A stretch of DNA of 64,000 bases from NCBI RefSeq assembly GCF_051903065.1, contig NZ_CP178438.1. One strand, written 5' to 3'. This document shows positions 13,403 to 23,478 of this stretch, one piece after another. The position numbers were made by a program, and so were the translations under genes. This DNA is from Escherichia coli. GTDB lineage: Bacteria > Pseudomonadota > Gammaproteobacteria > Enterobacterales > Enterobacteriaceae. The number at the start of each line of letters is the position of its first letter. The stretch's first letter is position 1. Below the pieces are notes generated by a model. That model saw only the letters and a program-made list of their open reading frames with translations. It ran no database searches and was not told where the DNA came from.

Positions 13403-13858
13403 CGGTTTATCCCCGCTGGCGCGGGGAACACGTGTGGCACTCTGCGTCTGGTATTAAATCATTCGGTTTATCCCCGCTGGCGCGGGGAACACCCGCCACG
13501 CCGTGCGCATCAACAGATATACGCAGGTTTATCCCCGCTGGCGCGGGGAACACAAACCGAAACACACGATCAATCCGAATATGAGCGGTTTATCCCCGCT
13601 GGCGCGGGGAACACCGAAAAGGCACCGTGCCGGTGACGTTCAATTCCGGTTTATCCCCGCTGGCGCGGGGAACACCGTTTTCACTCACTGGCAATCTCCG
13701 AGCAGAGCGGTTTATCCCCGCTGGCGCGGGGAACACGTGCGAATACCGTGTAAAAAATTAGTGTTATTCGGTTTATCCCCGCTGGCGCGGGGAACACTCA
13801 CGGTAGCGCCACTGCGCGTCGGTGACGGGCGGTTTATCCCCGCTGGCGCGGGGAACAC
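13403..13858 (-). CRISPR. CRISPR array 1 (type I-E): 8 repeats, 7 spacers of 32 nt
   Basis: 29-bp repeat CGGTTTATCCCCGCTGGCGCGGGGAACAC at 13403, 13464, 13525, 13586, 13647, 13708, 13769, 13830 (61-bp period). Third repeat starts with A. AT-rich leader on the high-coordinate side, so transcription is on the minus strand. Confidence 0.97.
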
Positions 13859-13954
13859 ACTAAGCATACATATCTGTTTTTAAACAAATTTATTCCACAT
13901 CAACAATCTACCAACTAAATTCAAACATTTCCTTATTTTTAAAGAACACATAAC
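13859..13954 (-). promoter_or_regulatory. CRISPR array 1 leader (AT-rich; promoter and integration signals)
   Basis: AT-rich tract between the last repeat and cas2; contains CAATCTACCAAC, also found at similar distance in the leader of array 2. Confidence 0.7.
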
Positions 13955-15164
<1,210 letters not shown>

Positions 15165-15168
<4 letters not shown>

Positions 15169-15815
15169 ACCTCTGCTCCGGGTTTGATCAGCATCAGACC
15201 ACAGCCGAACGCGCGGCTTTTGCCATACCCCTGACTGAGACGTTGCAGAAATAACCCGGGATCGGTGACCGTAAGCATCCCCGTATAATCCACGCTACTG
15301 AACTGGATCAGTTGCCGGGAGTTTTCCCGCCGCAGTTGCTGTTGTCGGTAGGCATCAACCGAGGTATCCAGCAGTGTAAAACCGCTTCTCTCCCCCTGCG
15401 CTGCCAGCCAGTCCAGCGCCGCCTGTTGTTGATGCAACCAGACATCACGCCCTTCCGCCTGTCCCCTCACCTGCCGTTTCGCCTCCATCAGCAGATCGTG
15501 GCGCTTGCCCGCTTTACAAATTGTGGGATTCGCCCGCAGGTTGAAACAAAGGGATTGTCCGGTACGCAGCTCCGGAGCAAATGACCGGCATTCGATAGTG
15601 AAAGTTTCACTTTCCGCCGGGCGTTCCTGCGAGAGGACAAAAAAGCGAAACGCACCCTGAAGTTCCTCCCGACGATAAAGAAATTGCCTTTCTTTGCCGC
15701 CAGGGAAGAGATCCCACAGCCACTGATGCATCACATATTCACCGCGATCCACCAGATGCAGCAACTGCGCAGGCAAAAGCTGAGCGGTATGTAAGGTTAT
15801 TCTTGAGAGGTACAT
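15165..15815 (-). CDS. cas6e: Cas6e (CasE/Cse3) crRNA endoribonuclease
   Basis: Position between cas5 and cas1; C-terminal G-rich loop SRAFGCGLM typical of Cas6e. Start placed at internal ATG (MYLSRITLH...); track ORF extends 46 codons upstream into cas5. Confidence 0.8.
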
Positions 15816-16543
15816 GGTTCCTCCTTGCTGAGCCACGGCCCCTGATTGACGGTGCGTTCCCCAAACAGCCACTGCTGGCGATTTAAAGGAACATCCCGGC
15901 GGCGTAATATTTTGCTCACGACCAGGCCGTCGTGCTCCCCTTCCCACCAGCATTCATCCTGAAGTTTCGGGAGTGAGACTTTCAGGTCGTGGAAATGATC
16001 CTGATACTGTTGGTATGCGTTACGTAAAACATCAGACGCGTTGCCTTCGAGCAGTAACGGCGCAAGTGGTAATGCCAGCGGATGACTTTTTCGCCCCAGA
16101 TAAAGAGGAAAAACTGGATGGCGTAAACCGCCCTGCAACTGTTCGAGGCTGTAAGGCGCATCGGCTGTTGTTGCCACCGCCACCATCCACCAGGCGTCGG
16201 TGTAGTAGTCGCGCCGGGAGATAATCGCGCTCAGAAGATCAGAGTCGCTCAACTCTTCGCGACGGCTGAAATAACGCGCTTTGCGCACCTCTTTTGGCAT
16301 CTGGATCGTGTGATAATCCCGTGCCCAGCGCGGGTTACGGCTGGCGCAAACCACCAGTGAATAGTGGCGATTAAACGCGTTTAAGCGTTCGGTATCATCA
16401 CGCCGAATCCCTACCCCGGCAGCCAGCAGACCCAGCAATGCTGAGCGCGAAGGCAGTTCATGGGTATGACGCACTTCGCCGGGGGCATCGACGCCCCAGG
16501 ATGCCATTGGCCCATGAAGCTGAAAAATCAGATATTGGCTCAT
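15797..16543 (-). CDS. cas5: Cas5e (CasD) Cascade subunit
   Basis: 248-aa ORF MSQYLIFQLHGPMASWG..., Cas5 N-terminal pattern; operon position. Confidence 0.85.
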   Translation of the reverse strand: MSQYLIFQLHGPMASWGVDAPGEVRHTHELPSRSALLGLLAAGVGIRRDDTERLNAFNRHYSLVVCASRNPRWARDYHTIQMPKEVRKARYFSRREELSDSDLLSAIISRRDYYTDAWWMVAVATTADAPYSLEQLQGGLRHPVFPLYLGRKSHPLALPLAPLLLEGNASDVLRNAYQQYQDHFHDLKVSLPKLQDECWWEGEHDGLVVSKILRRRDVPLNRQQWLFGERTVNQGPWLSKEEPCTSQE

Positions 16544-16553
16544 AAGCCGCCCC

Positions 16554-17609
16554 TTACGCGCAGATAAAGTCCAGTACGTCCTTCATGCTTCCCTGTTTGT
16601 TCATCACGTCAAAACTTGCGCATTCAGTCTTCTGTTCGTAGACCGTATTCATGTTTTCGCGAAGCGTTGTAATACGCTGCACCGCCACATCTAACTGACG
16701 GGTACCATTAATGGGTTCATAGAAAGCCGCCGCCAGAGAACGCGGTTGATCAGTGCCTTTTTCCGCCAGCGCCCAGGAGGCGTAGGCACGGCTGGCAAAG
16801 CTATTTTGTTTACCGGTTGGGGAAACTTTAAGCGCGGCTTCCGTAAAAGCGCGTATGGTCTGATTAGCTAACGCTTCGTCACCGCCGAGGTTTTCTACCA
16901 GCAGATCTTTATCAATGCAGATATAGGTGTAGAAAAGTGCTGAACCGAATCCGGTTTCTCCGAGATGCCCGGCACCGGCATCTTCAGAGGCCTGGCGCAA
17001 ATCATCAACGGCGGTGAAAAAATCATCTTCGACAATCGTTTCACTGACACCAAACGCATGCGCGACCTGGCAGGCGGCTTCAACATTAAACTCAGGTTTA
17101 TTCGCCAGCATACGACCAAACATAGCGATATCTACCGCTATACGGTCTTTACGTAACAACGCGAGATCTTCCTCTTTTGGCGCGCGCTTTTCTTCTGCCA
17201 GTTGATGGGCCAGCGCTTTTACGGCGTCAAATTCTGCCGGGCTGATATGAACTAATTGTTCAGTTTCGGCGTTAGTGAGCGGATCTTTTGGTTTTTTGTC
17301 GTTTTTAGCTTTCCCAAGATAATCTGCAATTTTTGCCGCCCATTCGATGGCTTTTTTCTCTTCGATTCCTTTCTCAATCAGGATAGTTGCCGCCTCACGC
17401 GCAATTCGCCCACTGCGAATACCAATATGGCCCGCCAGTGCCTGTTCAAAAAGTGCAGAAGTGCGCCACGCACGTTTCAGACTTTGTGAGGAAACGCGCA
17501 GACGCGTTGCACCACCCAGTACCACAGTTTTTGGCGCACCAGTATCATCACGGTTAAGGTTGGCAGCAGGGTAAGCGGTTAACAAATGAAGCTGAATAAA
17601 TGTTGTCAT
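16554..17609 (-). CDS. cas7: Cas7e (CasC) Cascade backbone subunit
   Basis: 351-aa ORF MTTFIQLHLLTAYPAANLNRDDTGAPK..., Cas7e N-terminal signature. Confidence 0.92.
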   Translation of the reverse strand: MTTFIQLHLLTAYPAANLNRDDTGAPKTVVLGGATRLRVSSQSLKRAWRTSALFEQALAGHIGIRSGRIAREAATILIEKGIEEKKAIEWAAKIADYLGKAKNDKKPKDPLTNAETEQLVHISPAEFDAVKALAHQLAEEKRAPKEEDLALLRKDRIAVDIAMFGRMLANKPEFNVEAACQVAHAFGVSETIVEDDFFTAVDDLRQASEDAGAGHLGETGFGSALFYTYICIDKDLLVENLGGDEALANQTIRAFTEAALKVSPTGKQNSFASRAYASWALAEKGTDQPRSLAAAFYEPINGTRQLDVAVQRITTLRENMNTVYEQKTECASFDVMNKQGSMKDVLDFICA

Positions 17610-17620
17610 GAGATAGTCCT

Positions 17621-18160
17621 TTATTGATTTTGTTCGTTATCGGCGTCGCCAGCCTGGTAATATTCCAGCGCCCAGCGGATACGGATAAATTCGGTTGGCC
17701 GCTGCTGGCGGCGGTGATGATTGAGCAGGTCGTCGCTCTCCTGACACCAGCGGAAAATATCGTCTGCCAAAGAGATAAGATTGACGGAACCGTTTAATAA
17801 TTTGACTGCGCGTCGTAACTGGCGCAGTAATTCATCCGGCGTTTTTACTGCCGACAGGCAAGTAAAACGCCCCTCTGACATTACCGCCGCCAGCTGTGCG
17901 GCAAAAGGCTGCCGTTCATCAATGGCTTTAACATTGGCGGCAACGGCGGCGACCAGTGCCAGTGCGGTAAAACGCCACTCTTGTGCTTCAATTTTCCACA
18001 AAGTGTGGGTCTGCATCAGCAGAGAACGAAACCCTTCTGACAAGCAAACATCATTAACCGTTGTGCTACGCCGCAGACTGGCACGATTGCCGCGTTTAGC
18101 CTGCAACTCTTCGTGCCATTTACGCAGCGTGGCTTTGTGCCCGTCTTTTACAATACTCAT
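17621..18160 (-). CDS. cse2: Cse2 (CasB/Cas11e) Cascade small subunit
   Basis: 179-aa ORF between cse1 and cas7. Confidence 0.85.
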   Translation of the reverse strand: MSIVKDGHKATLRKWHEELQAKRGNRASLRRSTTVNDVCLSEGFRSLLMQTHTLWKIEAQEWRFTALALVAAVAANVKAIDERQPFAAQLAAVMSEGRFTCLSAVKTPDELLRQLRRAVKLLNGSVNLISLADDIFRWCQESDDLLNHHRRQQRPTEFIRIRWALEYYQAGDADNEQNQ

Positions 18161-19725
18161 TCAGCAGCCTCCTGCTTTTTCTCCCTGGCGGCTTTAGCAC
18201 TTTGCTTCTCCGCCGATGTTGTAAAATATTTTTTGCGCGCGGTCATGACGCGTTTTAAATCAACGGGCTCATAAGGATTGGTGAATACACGCTCGTCAAA
18301 ATCCTGACGCGAGAATAACCAAATCTCCTTATTCCATTTGCTGAGTAATTCATCCGCATCCTGACCTTCTTCAATTTGGCGCACTAACCTCAGGAAGCGA
18401 TGCTGAGTTTTGTTCCAGAAGTCGATATCCACAAAACTGAAATCACCCCGTGCACCTTTTGGATCGGAGAACCATGCTTCTTTCAATGCACTCCGTAACA
18501 GACTTAGAATGCGTGAAGCCGTTTGCGCAGCCAGCCGCAGTTTCGGTATCTGGCCTTCTTTTTTATTGAGCAGCAGCGGGAAACGGTGTTCGTACCAACA
18601 GCGGGCTTTCATGTTGTCGAAATCATAGCCAAATCCCCATAGGCCTACTTTTGCCTGCTTGAGACTGCTGGCATTAAAGAGTTTCACCACCAGAGCGGGA
18701 AGTTCCGTATTGTTTTCTGACTTACCCGTTTCGATAAGGCCTAACCAGTCGCGCCAAATTAAACCGCCTGGTTGTGGTTTAACTGAGTAAAACTCGCCAC
18801 CCTCTTTAAGTGGTACACGGTAAGGCGTTAATGGATGCTGCCACATGGCATAATTCGCACCGTAATTTTTGGTCGTCATCAGGCTCAGAAGCGCGTCGTC
18901 CTGCTCACCGCAAATATCGCAGTTGCCGACTGTCGTGGTATTAAAATCAATACGAATACGCCGCGGCATTCCCCAGTACGCCTGGAGTTTATTGACCTGA
19001 TCATCGGTTACCACCGCACCGGCCAGTTCGCTGGTACGCGTCGGGCCAAGCCAGGGGAAAACCAGATCGTCAAATTTTTTGGGTAGCGGTAAGTCGGCTT
19101 CATCCTGCGGCATCACGTTGAGCCACAGTTTGCGCCACAAGGGGGCTTGTTGATTGCCCTGATACTCCTGCAATTCAATCAGAGTCGTCATCGGCCCACC
19201 GCCGCGTAAACCGGTTCGGTAGCCTTTGCCGCCTGACGGTGCATTTAACTGTAGGGAGAACAGAGCTAACGCGGAACAATGAGGGCATACGTGTTCAGTC
19301 ACGCCACGCTTAATAAAGTGGTCTTTATTAAACTTCGTTGTTTGAGCGCCGGGAATCTCAGGCAGTAATGAAGCAACCTGAACTTTATCTCCCGTGAGCG
19401 CCTCGAAATCCTGCATAAATGAAGGGGAATCTGGCCCAAACTGGAAAGCATGTTCTAAAGACAGCAATGCTTCCCGTAGCTTTTCGGCTTCCAGTCCGTC
19501 TTGCCAGATATCATCCCAACGACCATGATTTTTGGGCGCGAAACTGGTTTGTAGTAGCCCCAGTAAAAACTGCCATGCTGCTCCCTGGAGATCTGCTCGT
19601 GGCGCAGCGATATCGACAACATTTTCATCAGCCAGATCGACTGGCGCCAGTTTGCCTGTCGTTCCGTCTTTAAAACGAACGGGCAACCACGGGGTTGTCA
19701 GAAGTGAAAACGAGTTCATACGCAT
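18157..19725 (-). CDS. cse1: Cse1 (CasA/Cas8e) Cascade large subunit
   Basis: 522-aa ORF at head of the Cascade operon; alternative start 2 codons in (MNSFSLL). Confidence 0.88.
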   Translation of the reverse strand: MRMNSFSLLTTPWLPVRFKDGTTGKLAPVDLADENVVDIAAPRADLQGAAWQFLLGLLQTSFAPKNHGRWDDIWQDGLEAEKLREALLSLEHAFQFGPDSPSFMQDFEALTGDKVQVASLLPEIPGAQTTKFNKDHFIKRGVTEHVCPHCSALALFSLQLNAPSGGKGYRTGLRGGGPMTTLIELQEYQGNQQAPLWRKLWLNVMPQDEADLPLPKKFDDLVFPWLGPTRTSELAGAVVTDDQVNKLQAYWGMPRRIRIDFNTTTVGNCDICGEQDDALLSLMTTKNYGANYAMWQHPLTPYRVPLKEGGEFYSVKPQPGGLIWRDWLGLIETGKSENNTELPALVVKLFNASSLKQAKVGLWGFGYDFDNMKARCWYEHRFPLLLNKKEGQIPKLRLAAQTASRILSLLRSALKEAWFSDPKGARGDFSFVDIDFWNKTQHRFLRLVRQIEEGQDADELLSKWNKEIWLFSRQDFDERVFTNPYEPVDLKRVMTARKKYFTTSAEKQSAKAAREKKQEAAE

Positions 19726-20115
19726 CCTCTCGTAGAAAAGACCATCCCTGGTCGGTTGTCCATCACCATATTTTCAGATTTAGTTGGAGACTTAATCTGA
19801 GTCGGATAAAAGAAAAGACGTTGAATGTGATACGAAAATCGAACTTAGTTTGTCGTTTTGAAAGCAGACTTAGCACAAGTTGAAGCAAAAAAATCGACAA
19901 CATCGTAGTCCTCTTCACCGCAGCTTTTCACCGGTCACGAAAATACGCCTTGTAACGGTGTGACTCAACTCCGGATCCGGACATTATTTAAAATCTTTGT
20001 TTCTCATTAACTCATAGCAATTACCCATCTATCATAATCACAATAGCATTGATAAAATAAATCCATTCCCTGATTCTAGGGATTAACCAAGTTAGTGAGA
20101 TACAAAAATTGGTTC

Positions 20116-20144
20116 CTGTTCCCCGCGTCAGCGGGGATAAGCCC
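20116..20144 (+). repeat. Solitary degenerate CRISPR-repeat-like element in the cas3-cse1 intergenic region
   Basis: cTGTTCCCCGCGtCAGCGGGGATAAgCCc is 24/29 identical to the crRNA-sense repeat GAGTTCCCCGCGCCAGCGGGGATAAACCG. Stem CCCCGC/GCGGGG is intact. crRNA sense is on the plus strand, opposite to the cas genes and to both arrays. Confidence 0.75.
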
Positions 20145-20166
20145 TGGCGTCATCCGACGCCAGGGC
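20141..20166 (-). terminator. Strong hairpin 4 nt downstream of cas3 stop (possible cas3 terminator)
   Basis: GCCCTGGCGTC-atcc-GACGCCAGGGC, 11-bp stem; on the cas3 sense strand it is followed by the repeat-derived hairpin and a TTTTTG run. Confidence 0.5.
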
Positions 20167-20169
20167 ATC

Positions 20170-22869
20170 TCAATCAACCTTGCCAATCAATCCTTCCGTA
20201 GCCGAATACCCGCAGCTTTCGTCATCGGTGACTAAAATCACGTTTGCCATCTCCGGATCTTGCCGTTGTTCAATGCACCACTGCCTGAACGCTTCCCCTT
20301 CCAGTAAAGAAAATTCATCCCGATGTTTTTTCCACCAGCTTCGACGCACTCTGGCAACGCTCATTTCCCATGCGTGAGCACCGCTGGCATAAGGCTTCAC
20401 CACACCGTCAATACAGGTAGCCAGCCACAGGGAAACAGACTCTTCAGCCAGACGTGTCGACAGCTTTTCCGGGAGGTAATCGTTGATATTGGCGGCATAG
20501 CCGGGCCTGAAGTTCAGCATAAACTTTTTAGCCATTGCGCGATCGCAGTAATATTTGCCCACTTGCTCCTGCTCGCTGCGGGCAAATCCTTCCGGCATTA
20601 CCACGTCCTCACCGTAGACGGATTCAATAAGAAGCCGGGCTGCGTGTGGCATCTGAATAGCGCCTTGCTCACGCAATACTCGCTGCGTCAGCCAGATTCG
20701 CCCATGATCGGGGTAGACATATGCGCTGTTACGCATCGCACTACCAAACCATTCGTCACCCGGAGAGTCGTCCCAGACGGGGGCCAGAATCAGCAATTCA
20801 GGAGGGGAACGCTCGTCTTTTCCATCACGTTTTAACTGACCATTAATATCACGAATATGCCGTTGTAATCGCCCCGCTCGCTGGATCAGCAAATCAATGG
20901 GGGCCAGGTCGGAGATCATTTCGTCCAGGTCAATATCCACACTTTGCTCAATTACTTGTGTACAAACAATGACTTGAGATGATCTTTTTAAACTACAATT
21001 TTTACCAAAGCGTGCCAGCGTTTCCGTTTCAATTCGCTGGCGATCGCTAAAAGCAAAGCGGCTATGAAAAAGTGAAAGGCTGGAAGCAGGAATGACGCCG
21101 CGGGCAAGTAACTGACGATAAACCTTAATAGCGTCATCGACAGAATTCCGGATCCAGGCGATGCATTTCCCCTGACTTACCGCTGATTCGATACGCGCAA
21201 TACATTCTTGTTCGCTATGAAGCCAACCCACGCTCACGCTACGCTCAACGTCTTTGCGCGTCGCTACCCGGTGCGAATGCACATCGGATTTCGTGACATG
21301 CGTCAGCCAGGGGTAATCATCCTTTTCTAGGAACGGAGCTTCTTGCTGGCCCTCTGTGCCACGCGCAAAGGCGGCGACAAGTTTGTCGCGCTGCTGTTGA
21401 GATAACGTAGCAGAAAGCAAAATGACGCTGTTTCCGCCACGCACCTGTCGCTCAATCAACCCTTCAAGAATGTACGACATGTAAGCGTCACAGGCGTGGA
21501 TCTCATCAGCCAGCAGGATTTTGTTACTCAACCCCAGAAGCCGCAGATTATTATGTTTAAACGGCATCACTGCCATCATCGCCTGATCCAGCGTGCCGAC
21601 GCCAATTTCAGCCAGTAAAGCCTTCTTGTTACTGTCGGCAAACCAGGCTGCACATCCTTGACTGAACGCTTGTTCATCCGGTTCTTCTGACCCGACTAAA
21701 TCACCGGACCAGAGTGATTCATTAAAGCGTTCCATTAATGTACGGGCGCTGTGTGCCAGCACCAGGCTGGGGCGGGATTCTGGCGAAAAGAAAGCAAGCC
21801 AGGTTTTGACCAGCCGATCGTACATGGCATTGGCCGTTGCCATTGTTGGCAGGCCAAAAAACAAACCCTGAGCTTTATTCTCAGCCATCAACCTGTGCGC
21901 CAGGATAAGCGCCGCTTCTGTTTTACCTGCGCCAGTCACATCTTCCAGAATAAATAACTGTGGCCCTGGCTGGCTGATATCCAGATCCAGTACCTTTTGC
22001 TGTAATGGTGTCGGGTGCTCAATAAAAGGAAACAGCGTATTAATTCCGGTGAAAGGTGCGGTTTCTGCTTTTGGAGGAAAGACGGTTAAGGCGTTTTGAG
22101 CCTGAACTAAAGTTTTCTGCCAGTAATCTTTAATATTCATTGTCTGTGCGACGCGTGGAAAAAATCGCGTTGACGAACCCGTCCAGTCTGCGAGTACGAC
22201 TGTTGCAGAGATATACCAGGAAAGTTGTTTTAAAAGTTCAACGCCCTCGTCATCATCCCAGAATGTGGGAATCTCTATGAGCGGAAACAGTGACTTGATT
22301 TCAAGGAGAAAATCTCGTGCGGCAGCTTTGTCTTCAGGCAGGAAATTATCCAGTTCATCAATACGGTCAGGGGGCCGACCATGATGCCCGGTAGTCATGG
22401 GCATCCACATCGCTATTACACGTTTAAGTTTGCGAGTAGAGAGTGAAGAGGCAGGAAGCAATTCTTCGCATTCACTTAAATAATGATGCCACAACCAGTA
22501 GCCCAGCGTTGAATGAGAGATCTTTTCGTAATTCTTTCTTGCGCCTTCCGGAACCTTGAGTTGTGGGTGCAGGTAAAGTTGCTGAAATGAGCGGGCAAAT
22601 TTTCCAATATCGTGCCAGCACAACAACCAGGCGAAAAATTGAGCCGCCTGTTCCTTGTCAGAAATCCCTAATTGACGAAAATAATCAGCCAGCCCGAAGC
22701 AATTTCTTTTAACCATTAAATAGCCCATCGCGGCCACATCCAGCGAATGCCAGCAAAGAAGGTGATAGTCGTCACCCCCTTCTTTCTCGTCGCGTCGGGT
22801 TTTTCCCCAGAAATCAAAGAAAGTCACAATATTTTTATCCTTCAGTAAACTTAAAGGATATTTACGCAT
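20170..22869 (-). CDS. cas3: Cas3 HD-nuclease/helicase
   Basis: 899-aa ORF with N-terminal HD-like region and SF2 helicase motifs (DVTGAGKTEA, DEIH). Confidence 0.93.
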   Translation of the reverse strand: MRKYPLSLLKDKNIVTFFDFWGKTRRDEKEGGDDYHLLCWHSLDVAAMGYLMVKRNCFGLADYFRQLGISDKEQAAQFFAWLLCWHDIGKFARSFQQLYLHPQLKVPEGARKNYEKISHSTLGYWLWHHYLSECEELLPASSLSTRKLKRVIAMWMPMTTGHHGRPPDRIDELDNFLPEDKAAARDFLLEIKSLFPLIEIPTFWDDDEGVELLKQLSWYISATVVLADWTGSSTRFFPRVAQTMNIKDYWQKTLVQAQNALTVFPPKAETAPFTGINTLFPFIEHPTPLQQKVLDLDISQPGPQLFILEDVTGAGKTEAALILAHRLMAENKAQGLFFGLPTMATANAMYDRLVKTWLAFFSPESRPSLVLAHSARTLMERFNESLWSGDLVGSEEPDEQAFSQGCAAWFADSNKKALLAEIGVGTLDQAMMAVMPFKHNNLRLLGLSNKILLADEIHACDAYMSYILEGLIERQVRGGNSVILLSATLSQQQRDKLVAAFARGTEGQQEAPFLEKDDYPWLTHVTKSDVHSHRVATRKDVERSVSVGWLHSEQECIARIESAVSQGKCIAWIRNSVDDAIKVYRQLLARGVIPASSLSLFHSRFAFSDRQRIETETLARFGKNCSLKRSSQVIVCTQVIEQSVDIDLDEMISDLAPIDLLIQRAGRLQRHIRDINGQLKRDGKDERSPPELLILAPVWDDSPGDEWFGSAMRNSAYVYPDHGRIWLTQRVLREQGAIQMPHAARLLIESVYGEDVVMPEGFARSEQEQVGKYYCDRAMAKKFMLNFRPGYAANINDYLPEKLSTRLAEESVSLWLATCIDGVVKPYASGAHAWEMSVARVRRSWWKKHRDEFSLLEGEAFRQWCIEQRQDPEMANVILVTDDESCGYSATEGLIGKVD

Positions 22870-23061
22870 ATTTTAAAAATTATCTGTGATATATATCAGC
22901 CAATAAAACATTTATATTGTGAATAAATTTATGATTTTCATTTGAAATTCATAATAATAAATAGAGACAATATATTCACATAAAAAATATAAATTTAAAA
23001 AAGGGTGCAGGAGACCAAACCATCACAATTCAATACGCGGGGTTTTACCCCCGCGTGGTGG

Positions 23062-23214
23062 CTACTTCTTCGATTCGTAAGCGAGAACAGCCTTAAACTC
23101 CATACCACGTTCTCTGATACTCAACTCACACAACGAGTCACCTACCATCAGCGTGAATCCCAGTACTGTACAACACAGTACGATGATTGCCACAAGGGCA
23201 TATTTTGTCAGCAT
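23062..23214 (-). CDS. Hok/Gef-family type I toxin (HokE-like small membrane peptide)
   Basis: 50-codon ORF not in the track (below size cutoff): [50 protein letters not shown]. Hok signature (TM helix, SLCE, AYE) and a GGGAGG Shine-Dalgarno 7 nt upstream. Location matches the known hokX/sokX locus between cysH and cas3. Confidence 0.75.
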   Translation of the reverse strand: MLTKYALVAIIVLCCTVLGFTLMVGDSLCELSIRERGMEFKAVLAYESKK

Positions 23215-23478
23215 GTCTTGCCTCCCTGCAAAGAAGAGACTAACATTCGAATTGCTTAGGTTCGAACGCTGGCCTCAGGTTGATAGAAATATCGCCTGGG
23301 GCTTTTGTCCATCTGGAACCTCGCGAATGCTTAACGCCAGACAGCCTCAAGCACCCAACACCATTCTATACCTGTTAATTCTTCCAGCGGCGTTCACGTT
23401 TAAAATCAGGAATGCTGCTCGCAAAATAAAAACGCCCCCATCATTTCTGACAGAGGCGTTTAATTTATCCGGCAATAT

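Noticed and set aside
13396-13883. ORFs 13396-13584 and 13503-13883 (+) with repetitive VYPRWRGEH peptide
   Set aside because: They are translations of the CRISPR repeat units of array 1; the periodic amino-acid repeat is an artifact of the 61-bp DNA periodicity.
20062-20090. Second repeat-like palindrome upstream of the orphan repeat, considered as an independent CRISPR repeat feature
   Set aside because: Similarity to the repeat is limited (3' half GGGATtAACC plus a 3-4 bp stem) and spacing to the better repeat is about 25 nt, not 32; kept only as a note inside the finding.
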